64,000 nucleotides of DNA, taken from contig CAXHJY010001041.1 in NCBI GenBank assembly GCA_964016885.1, positions 2,928-66,927 of the forward strand, given 5' to 3'. Each line of letters starts with the position of its first letter. Position 1 is the stretch's first letter. This DNA is from Eledone cirrhosa. Its lineage: Eukaryota. The translations under genes and the position numbers were made by a program. The notes below the pieces were generated by a model. It saw only the letters and a list, made by a program, of their open reading frames with translations. It did not search any database and was not told where the DNA came from. Shown here one piece after another: positions 52,741 through 64,000 of this stretch.

Positions 52741-53428
52741 TATATAATGTAAAAGGTAAACAGAAATAACAAAACAAACGGCACATTACATGAAAGAAAT
52801 ATATTAGTTTGACGCTTGAAATATCAGGAAGACTCACTTCCTGACATTAGTCCTTCATCAGAAGATAGAAATAGAAAGTAAAGAGTGATACGAGGAAGGA
52901 TTATGGAAAAAGGAGGAAAAAATAAGGGAGAAAAAATGTGCGTGTGTGTGTGTGTGTATGTATGTGCATGAGTATATGTGTATGTGTATATATAAGTATG
53001 TGTGTCTGTGTGTGTATATATGTATATATACACACATATATTATTGAGAGAGAGAAATGACCTTACAGAAGTAGAACTGTTTCATTCATATAGCATCAGT
53101 TCTAGTACTTTAAAGTCATTTCTATAATAAAGTTGCCTTTACTCTACCAACGTATTGAGTACCCTTTTTAACTGTGGTTAGCTCACTACACCACTTCGAA
53201 ATATATATATTTATATATATACACACGTGTGTGTATATACGAGCATGACAACCAATCTTGCTTCAAGTGGGACAATTCCCGTCTAAACCCATGCTAGTGT
53301 GGAAGATAGACGTTAAATAATGATGATGATGATATTGAGTGTGATTTTGTATTATTAAAGAAGGAGCCCTCAATATGTAAACAGAGAGGTAATTTATATA
53401 TATATATTAAATAATAATCCATGTATCA

Positions 53429-53461
<33 letters not shown>

Positions 53462-53633
53462 AATAATTTCGGCCCCTGGATTTCTGAGCTAACAAGTTGG
53501 GCGAATTTTGGCTATTATTTCTAGTCGTTTTACAATCCACCCACGCCACTTGAAATGACGAACAGACGAGGTATTTAATTCCCTCGTGTTTATTTAGTTT
53601 ACCTTCTCATAGGTGTTTGTTGCATATAATCTC

Positions 53634-53722
53634 ATCTCCCGCTGAGGACTGCCTCCGGATTATCTGTTACAAACACAACTTTTCAAGGCGAAACAGATTA
53701 ATCTCTAGTCTGTCCGAGAGAT
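53634..53722 (+). ncRNA. Type I hammerhead ribozyme motif
   Basis: ATCTCCCG CTGAGGA CT-GCCT..AGGC GAAA CAGATTA-ATCTC-TAGTCTG TC CGAGAGAT; all three stems pair; two extra nt before stem II. Confidence 0.72.
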
Positions 53723-53767
53723 AATAGTTATTGAAACGGTCAGTACATTTTAATTTAAACTTGTATG

Positions 53768-54102
53768 TGGAGGCACATGGCTTAGTGGTTAGAGCATTGA
53801 CCTTGCAATCGAAAGGTTGTGAGTTCAATTCTCAGACCGGGTGATGTGTTGTTTCGTTGAGCAAGACACTTTATTTCACATTGCTCCAGTTTACTCAGCT
53901 GTAGAAATGAGATGATAGGGACTGGGTTCCCTATTATTCCACTGCAAAGTAGACGTGTAGGCGCCACGGAAAAAAAGCACCCAGCACTCACTGTAAATGA
54001 GGTTGGTGTTAGGAAGGGCATCCAGCTGTAGAAATCAAGCCAGAATCAGTTCCTGTCCCACCCTTGCAAGCAGGGAAAAGCGGACGTAAAATGAAATGAT
54101 GA
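53768..54102 (+). mobile_element. Full CORE-like SINE with RTE-derived 3' tail
   Basis: tRNA head, CORE-like region, tail homologous to the RTE 3' UTR at 50335-50500. Confidence 0.9.
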
Positions 54103-54192
54103 TTCCTCGTTTGATTCAGAGTTTATATTCGTCAAACCAACCTGGTCTTGCTACACTTGTAATTCTAAACACACAATTTACTGTGTTTATTC

Positions 54193-54249
<57 letters not shown>

Positions 54250-54580
54250 TACAAACTTTATTTGCATATTACAATTGTTTTGATATTAGTTCAGGGTAGA
54301 ATCAAGATAACGGAGCCTGACTCCTTTTCGGCATCTCATCAGATATGCGAGCTTATAACTGTTGTTAAACACTATGTATATAATATATAAGTATGTTTTG
54401 AAACAGCGAGCGAGCTTGAAATTAGAAATAGGTTTCGCCGTATTTTTTAAAGGTTTCTAAACCCCACTATCAGGCTAAAATTTCTTTAGTAAAAAAATAC
54501 GGCGAAACCTTCTATTTCTAAATCAGTTCCCGTCCCACCCTTGCAAGCAGGGAAAAGCGGACGTAAAATGATGATGATGA

Positions 54581-54612
<32 letters not shown>

Positions 54613-55401
54613 CTAGCATGGAAGATGGACGTTAAACGATGATGATTATATATATATCAAGAGCTACTTCCAGACATAAAAATACCTGTTCTTTTATTCT
54701 TTTCCTTGTTTAAGTGATTATAATGAAGCAATGCGGGCGACTGCCTTAAAGGGATTGTCTATTACAGATGACATAGAAATAAGATCAACAATGAAGAAGT
54801 ATATGTTTCTGGAGAGAAAAACTCTGAAACAAACCTGTTCAGGTTCAAGTGGGAATGTGTTATGTGAAACAAATACAAACAGAAAACAATATGTTTAGCT
54901 TCAACCCTCTTTATTTTGTGTGTGTGTTAAAGATGAAAAACTAGGGAAAGTAATCCTTTAGACATTTGAACTGCTGCTATTTTGATATGCTTCAGTACGT
55001 TTGTCATTTATTAATGGGGAAAACATCTTGGATGTAATGTGTAAAATTAGGATTAATAAAATGGTTGCTAAGGTATGTGAAAAAAATGTCTTCTTCATGC
55101 TTTTCATACATATCACTAGATTTAGCTGCTTTTAAAGTTGGATTTCAGATATCTTCCTACTGATCTTGGCGAGTGAGTCATAAAAGACATATTTTATATT
55201 GTCACTTTGCCTCAACTATACAGGCTTTTCTCTATATAGCCACTTCTTTCAATGTTCTTTGTTAATCAATCAAACTTTACTATTTCTTCTGTATATATTT
55301 ATCAGATTTTCTAATCCCTCCAACTATCAGAATTGTTCTAAACCCAGAAAAAATCCCATTGATTTTTCTTTTCCTAAGAGAGAAACTTTCAGGTCCTGTA
55401 G

Positions 55402-56192
55402 ACATACCATATCTATATAACCTCACAACCAACCTATACAACCTCACAAACAATCTATACCATACCATATCTATATAACCTCACAACCAACCTATACCAT
55501 ACCATATCTATATAACCTCACAACCAACCTATACCATACCATATCTATATAACCTCACAACCAACCTATACCATACCATATCTATATAACCTCACAACCA
55601 ACCTATACCATACCATATCTATATAACCTCACAACCAACCTATACTATACCATATCTATATAACCACACAACCAACCTATACCATATCTATATAACCTCA
55701 CAACCAACCTATACCATATCTATATAACCTCACAACCAACCTATACCATATCTATATAACCTCACAACCAATCTATGCAACCTCACAACCAACCTATACC
55801 ATACCATATCTATATAACCTCACAACCAATCTATGCAACCTCACAACCAACCTATACCATACCATATCTATATAACCTCACAACCAATCTATGCAACCTC
55901 ACAACCAACCTATACCATACCATATCTATATAACCTCACAACCAATCTATACAACCTCACAACCAACCTATACCATACCATATCTATATAACCTCACAAC
56001 CAACCTATACAACCTCACAAACAATCTATACCATACCATATCTATATAACCTCACAACCAACCTATACCATACCATATCTATATAACCTCACAACCAACC
56101 TATACCATACCATATCTATATAACCTCACAACCAACCTATACCATACCATATCTATATAACCTCACAACCAACCTATACCATATCTATATAC
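55402..56192. repeat. ~37-bp minisatellite CCATACCATATCTATATAACCTCACAACCAACCTATA with variants
   Basis: Directly visible. Confidence 0.95.
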
Positions 56193-57067
56193 CATTCCAT
56201 ATTTAGATATTCTCTCAAACTAATCTTTGTCTCCCAACTTAGCAATTCAAACAAATAGTAATCAGTAAAATTAATTCCAAGACATGAAGATAATTACTGG
56301 TATCAATATGATCAAAGATATCTTTTCAATATTGTGCACCAGCATGGCCACAGTCTAATGACCAAAACCAGTAAAAGCAAAAAGGATATAAAAGAAGTAA
56401 TAGGTCAAAATTTCATTAGAAGTGGACAAACAGCACATTGCTGCCATCATCATCAATATCATCATTATCATCATCACCACCACCACTATATGCTAATATA
56501 TTCTGTCTTGACCAACAGTAGACATCATCACCATCACCACCATCACCACCACTACCACCACCACCACCATCACCACCACCACCATCACCACTACCACCAC
56601 CATCACCACCACCACCAACAACAACAGCAACACTACCACCACAAGCAGTGATCTCCACTCAAGATTTTCTGTTGTGTGTGATTATAATTTCTTTCTATTC
56701 AAACAAGTATTTGTCCAGAGTAAATACTTTAAACCAGAATTACCATAACATACAACAAAAGATTTCCTCCATTAAATAAATGACAAATTCACTCATGCAT
56801 GACTCCATGAATCTCTTACAAATATTTAAACTGTTTTCCTACTGTTTTCACAATATTTCCTCTTTGAAGCAAAACTATCAAAATACCTTCCCCACAGGGA
56901 AATTGCCCTCCCCCTTTCTTCCATCACCTAATAGTCCTTACTCTTTCCTCCTTTTCTTCTCATGTACGCCATTTATAGTCCTCTACTTCCCTATAACAAC
57001 CAGATCTGACCTTCTTTACCCCTTCCCCCTCTTTTTTCATTACTTAATTTTGGTTTTATCTTTTTTT

Positions 57068-57400
57068 AATATTCCCACCATGGTATAACTTCTGTAAAAT
57101 ATAGTTGACATAATATACTTTTATATAACAGATATCAAAATATTCCCTCCATAGTATAACTTCTGTAAAATATAGTTGACTTAATATACTTTTATATAAC
57201 AGATATCAAAATATTCACTCCATGGTATAACTTCTGTAAAATATAGTTGACATAATATACTTTTATATAACAGATATCAAAATATTCACTCCATGGTATA
57301 TAGTTGACATAATATACTTTTATATAACAGATATCAAAATATTCCCTCCATGGTATAACTTCTGTAAAATATAGTTGATATATGTTTATGTCAACTATAT
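57068..57400. repeat. ~70-bp tandem repeat, ~4.5 copies
   Basis: AATATTC.CTCCATGGTATAACTTCTGTAAAATATAGTTGAC.. units. Confidence 0.9.
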
Positions 57401-57633
57401 TTATGTTGCAGTCGGGATTATATATATATATATATATAATATATAATAATAAGTTGATGGACCCACCATATTTATCAGTGCCAGGACCAGTTCTATCTCA
57501 GCGTACTCAATAGGTAATGTAGGATACATTCCCAGAGTATACACATAGTTATTCGCTTCAATACAACACGTAAACAGGTAAACAGTAGTAGGGTGCACTG
57601 CACCCTCTGTCTGCATATATTATGCAACAATGC

Positions 57634-57664
<31 letters not shown>

Positions 57665-58202
57665 GTAATAATAATAAATGTGAAGACTAAAATCCACAGA
57701 GGGCTCGATAAGGATAAATATATGTCAAATATATAAGAACCGTAGAGCAAATATTTATCTGTTATTTTAATAAATATATATATATGCATGTGTGTGTTGT
57801 ATCATGGAGCTTTTTCATACATGTAAATTTTCTATGAAACAAATAAGATAAGATATTTAAATTTACATTCCTACCTATTTCAAAAGCTACTGTGAGAATG
57901 GGGTGGGGTGAGGTGGGGTGGGAGTTGTTTATGATGAACTACACATGTCACAACATGAAACATTGATACTGATAGTGACTTCATAAAGAGCCAAACACTT
58001 CCTCAACCCACCTGCCTTCTGCCCTCCACACACACACACACTCCCCCCCCCCCACATTAAATGGCCCCTAAACCCTTCAAGATCAATGCTGCCCTCCTCC
58101 AAGCCATTTATATCAGTCAAACACCCTAGAATTACTCCCCTCAGCTTCCTTCTCATCTGTTTCACAGCTAAACATCGAACTTTCTAACATTGATTTTAAT
58201 CC

Positions 58203-58423
58203 TGGATGATGACTGGGGGAGAAGCTTTAGAGTACCTGTGGGTGGAGGGGAGAGGGTGGTGGTGGTGGTGGTGGAGGGGAGAGGTGGATGATGACTGGGG
58301 AGAAGCTTTAGAGTACCTGTGGGTGGAGGGGAGAGGGTGGTGGTGGTGGTGGTGGTGGAGGGGAGAGGTGGATGATGACTGGGGAGAAGCTTTAGAGTAC
58401 CTGTGGGTGGAGGGGAGAGGGTG
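58203..58423. repeat. ~80-85 bp G-rich tandem repeat, 2.5 copies
   Basis: TGGATGATGACTGGGGAGAAGCTTTAGAGTACCTGTGGGTGGAGGGGAGAGGGTG units. Confidence 0.9.
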
Positions 58424-59904
58424 AGGAGGGGGTGAGGGGGGAGGGGGGTTAGATGGGGTGTTGGGGGTGTTGGTAGAGGTGGGGGATGTGGTGGAGGAGG
58501 TGGTGGAGGAAGAAGAGTCTCTCCTGTTTTCCGACATAATTACTAGCAATGTCAGCTAACGAGGCTATGTCAGCAGGCTGTGAAAGTTATTAATTAGTTG
58601 AGCCAAGTTACTCCACAAAAATGTTCTTCTGATGATGAAGAAGTTGGACTTAATTCGGAGGGGGAGGAGGAGGTGACAAGAGGGAGATAGAGATGATGAT
58701 GATGACAGAGGAGAATAAGAAGATGAAAAGAATGACATTTTTAGATATAAAAGAATAAAAGGAAAAATAAAATAAAATAAAATAAAATAAAATAAAAAGC
58801 TAAAATAAAAAAAATAAAATAAAAACTAAAATAAAATAAAATAAAATAAAAAAATAAAATAAAATAAGAGCTAATAGTGACGTCTGTTGTTGGAAGGTTG
58901 TGAATTTGTAAAAGATGGTCAAATTGTTGTGATTGTTGTTGTTGTTTAGTGGTGTAGCAACATATATTGTTGTTGTTGTTTAGTGCAGCACCATATGTTG
59001 TTGTTGTGGGAAGTGTGTTAAAGGGGGGTGGGGGTTATCTGTCAGATTTGTAACTGTTACATTATTCTAACTTCCTTCTTGTTGTTCCTCATGAATATAG
59101 TTGAGATACAATATAATAGCATAGCTGTTTACTCCTCTAACTGCAAAACAAACAACAAAATTATTTGTAGAAATAAAACAAAAACAAATATATAATTTGA
59201 TGGGTTTTTTTAATAAAAAAAAAACGCCAAGCTCAGAATAAACCGATGCGGTACCCCATTATTTATCCTCACCCTATACTTGGAGCTGTAATATATTGCT
59301 TCTTTTATGGAGAGTTTCCAAAATAAAAGGAAACAAAAAACAGCTTTTTTATTTTTCATTATTTTTTACCTTCTCCCTTATTAACACTTACTTAAAAACA
59401 AATATAGCATTAAAAAAAAATGTATTCTAGAACAAACAAAACATTCAAACCTATTTCTTATGCTACCATTTTTTTTTTCTGTTTTTTTTTCTTTATATAT
59501 ATATTTTTTATACAAGAGGAGAAATTTATCATGAAGGAGATAAGTTTTGAAAGTATGTGTTTATACAACTAATACTGATGTTGTCCAGTTAATCTAGAAG
59601 AAGAAGATTCCATTTACTTTCTACAAAACATATATTTTATCAATGCTTCTTGTATAAATTTAATTCCTTACTAGCAATCTTCATTGATGTTTTACTTGAT
59701 CTAGAAAGTGAACTGATTGTTTGTGGAATGTTTGCCAGAAAAAGCACAATACACTCCCAGCTACAATTATTTCTTGATAACTTGCTAAAAATAATAATGC
59801 TAAAATATAAAATAGGTGTATTTTGTTTCTTTATAATTCTTCATGAGTTGATGCTGTCCATGACTCCTTTTAACTCTTTTGATACCGTCTTTGCTTTTAA
59901 TGTC

Positions 59905-60260
59905 TAAAGTCTGTCTTGAGCCCAGAGGTTCATCAGGTTATCCTGGTGTTGTGGCGTGAAGTGACTACAAGACTATCCACCGAACAGAACACTAGTCCAT
60001 TGCAGGGTTAAAGTCTGCCTCAAGCCAGAAGGCTCATCAGGCTGGTACTGACCCAGTTTTTGTGGTGTGAAGTGACTGAGAGTATAAGACCCACACTGGA
60101 CACAGCGCCAGTTCATTTCAGGGTTAAACCCCCAGCTATTGCTGGTACTCCTTTTCAGCTGAGTATACTGGAGCAACATGAAATGTTTTGCTCTACAACA
60201 CAACACACAACATTATGATCATAAGTTGAACACCCTTATCAGTAGGCCACATGCCCACAC
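59905..60260 (-). mobile_element. CORE-like SINE plus extra 3' fragment
   Basis: Reverse complement of the 22629-22900 family. Confidence 0.8.
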
Positions 60261-60394
60261 TTTTAATGTGTTTAGATCTAAATAAAAACCTTTCATCATC
60301 ACTTTATGTAAGAACTTTCTATTAAGTTATGTTTGTACCCCAGTTTTTAGAATAGGTACACCATATCCCTGTATGTCATAAGAAGTAATTAAAG

Positions 60395-60632
60395 GGTTTG
60401 GCCTTGTGGTTAAAGTGTTGGGCTTAAAATTACAAGATCAAGTGTTCAACCTTCAGACTAGGCAATGTATTGTCCTTGAGCAAGTCACTTTATTTCCCAT
60501 TGCCCAACCTAATATTATCAGACTGAGCAGTGTATTGTCCTTGAACAAGTCACTTCATTTCTCATTGCCTCAACCTACTCAGCTGAAAAAATTAGTACCA
60601 GTAACATCTTGGGTTAACCTTGTGATGGATTG
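60395..60632 (+). mobile_element. Diverged CORE-like SINE with duplicated core
   Basis: TGTCCTTGA.CAAGTCACTT occurs twice. Confidence 0.65.
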
Positions 60633-60985
60633 ATAATATTCTTTGCTGCACTTTCAATTATTTAAATGTTTCTGGAGCCTTTAGGTTTGAGAGAGAGAAA
60701 ATTAAGCGATAAATTGATATGTTATCACTTTCTACACATAATGGATGGTACAACAATTAAATTTACCTGGTATTTTTTTATAAAAATATTAGCTAGAGCA
60801 TCAAGTCATAACTCATACAACAAATGAATCATATAAGCAAGATAAAGTTTTCAAATCTGTTTAATGTCAAACTGTGACAACCTGTCCAACCCATGCAAGT
60901 GTGGAGACTGGATGTAAAATGATGATGATGATATTTAATATGGATATAAATATACAATAAATATAATATATACATACAATAAATA

Positions 60986-61718
60986 TCTCTATATATATAA
61001 AACTGAGGATGTCTGTGTGTGTGTGAGTTTGAATCGCTAAAACTCGAGAACCACCCAACCAACTGTTTTCAAACTTTACACATGTAATACTTATGATTCA
61101 GGGAGTGTTCTGAGCAAAAGAAATTAAAATTTTCAATGCCCTAGGGACCGCATTAGGCGATTTAACGATCTCTCTCTATAATTCTTAGTCTTTCTCTTTT
61201 TAGATAGATACATATAACGTCGCGGCCTTATAATATCTGTCTATATGCCTGGCTGTTTGCAATACGTCACTTCCCTGAGGATGTCTGTGTGTGTGAGTGT
61301 GTCTGTGAGTTTGAATCCCTAAAACTCGAGAAGTACCCAACCGATTTTTTTCAAACTTTACATGTGTATTACTTATGTTTCAGGGAGTGTTATGCACATA
61401 CAAAATTCAACTTTTTGATCTCCTAGGGCCCGCATTAGGTAAAAAAAGCTGCGTTTTTAAAGTTTTTGAGGGTTTTTTTGAGGCGTTACATCAGACCTAT
61501 TTCCTTGAAATTGTAACTATGTATTAGTCAGTCTCTTCTTCATATCGTGAGCAAAGAAAATTCAACTTTTTTATGACCTCGGGCTCGTATTAGGTGAAAA
61601 ACTTTTCCCGAAATTTCAAGGCATATTATGCACATAAAAAAAATTATTTTCTTGATCTCCTAGGGCCCACATTAGGTGAAAACCTGCATTTTTCCTGCTT
61701 CATCGAGGAAAGTCTAAT
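60986..61718 (+). mobile_element. Non-autonomous Helitron-like element with internal duplications
   Basis: A|TCTCTATATATATAAAACTG 5' end like that at 33856-33875; 61003-61160 repeated at 61275-61440; 3' end degenerate. Confidence 0.65.
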
Positions 61719-62888
61719 ATAATATATATGCAATAAATATAATATAAATATACAATAAATATAATATATATATACAATAAATATAATATAAATATACAAT
61801 AAGTATAATATATATATATACAATAAATATAATATATATATACAATAAATATAATATATATATATACAATAAATATAATATAAATATACAATAAATATAA
61901 TATAAATATACAATAAATATAATATAAATATACAATAAGTATAATATATATATACAATAAATATAATATAAATATAAAATAAATATAATATATATATACA
62001 ATAAATATAATATATATATGCAATAAATATAATATATATATACAATAAGTATAATAAATATATACAATAAATATAATATATATATGCAATAAATATAATA
62101 TATATATACAATAAGTATAATATATATATACAATAAATATAATATAAATATACAATAAATATAATATATATATACAATAAATATAATATATATATACAAT
62201 AAATATAATACATATATACAATAAATAAAATATAAATATACAATAAATATAATATAATATATACAATAAATATAATATATATATACAATAAATATAATAC
62301 ATATATACAATAAATATAATATAAATATACAATAAATATAATATATATATACAATAAATATAATATAAATATACAATAAATATAATATAAATATACAATA
62401 AATATAATACATATATACAATAAATATAATATAAATATACAATAAATATAATATATATATACAATAAGTATAATATATATACAATAAATATAATATATAT
62501 GCAATAAATATAATATATATACAATAAGTATAATATAAATATACAATAAATATAATATAAATATACAATAAATATAATACATATATACAATAAGTATAAT
62601 ATAAATATACAATAAATATAATATATATATATACAATAAATATAATACATATATACAATAAATATAATATATATATACAATAAATATAATACATATATAC
62701 AATAAATATAATATAAATATACAATAAATATAATATATATATACAATAAATATAATATAAATATACAATAAATATAATATATATATATACAATAAATATA
62801 ATACATATATACAATAAATATAATATATATATACAATAAATATAATACATATATACAATAAGTATAATATAAATATACAATAAATATA

Positions 62889-62900
<12 letters not shown>
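61719..62900. repeat. AT-rich ~22-24 bp minisatellite (ATATACAATAAATATAATAT..)
   Basis: Directly visible; the same unit lies left of the Helitron at 60945-60985. Confidence 0.95.
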
Positions 62901-62924
<24 letters not shown>

Positions 62925-62989
62925 GTATATATATAGGTAAGTAACAGGTGTTTTTATCAGATTATGTCCTTGATTTATATTCCCTTTGT

Positions 62990-64000
<1,011 letters not shown>

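Noticed and set aside
52808-52868. Minus-strand CTGATGA followed by a strong hairpin (AATGTCAGGAAG/CTTCCTGATATT)
   Set aside because: No GAAA or convincing stem I; at most a dead hammerhead, so not listed as a feature.
58196-58549. S/P/H-rich minus-strand ORF and G-quadruplex-prone tract
   Set aside because: Explained by a G-rich tandem repeat; no evidence of function.
59925-60045. Minus-strand CTGATGA motifs
   Set aside because: Part of the CORE-like SINE tail; no GAAA or stem architecture.

Overview
AT-rich eukaryotic non-genic (intergenic or intronic) DNA. The SINE families, (AT)n/(CA)n load and LINE types suggest a coleoid cephalopod such as an octopus; this is inference, not a database result. 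No intact protein-coding gene is supported, and nearly all long ORFs in the track are translated simple repeats. Contents: (1) many tRNA-derived SINEs of two types (one with a GCCTTTCATCC..GGGGTCGATAAAATAAAGTACCAG core, one CORE-like); (2) decayed LINE fragments (CR1, RTE/Rex3-like, RTE-X-like, Tx1/L1-type RT, CRE-like endonuclease); (3) two non-autonomous Helitrons, a Tc1/pogo-like MITE and piggyBac-like MITE ends; (4) a tRNA-Ser pseudogene; (5) large mini/microsatellites. The most notable signal is a dense set of short non-coding elements inserted in (AT)n tracts. They carry type I hammerhead ribozyme motifs (about 6 recognisable, 2-3 more degenerate), fold-back 5' inversions of variable length, a conserved GTATTGAGTAC tail motif, and in some cases a monomer-plus-terminal-redundancy layout, pointing to a Penelope-like/retrozyme system. 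At least three minisatellites can be traced to specific transposon segments. All motif and structure calls were made by eye, and coordinates may be off by a few bases.
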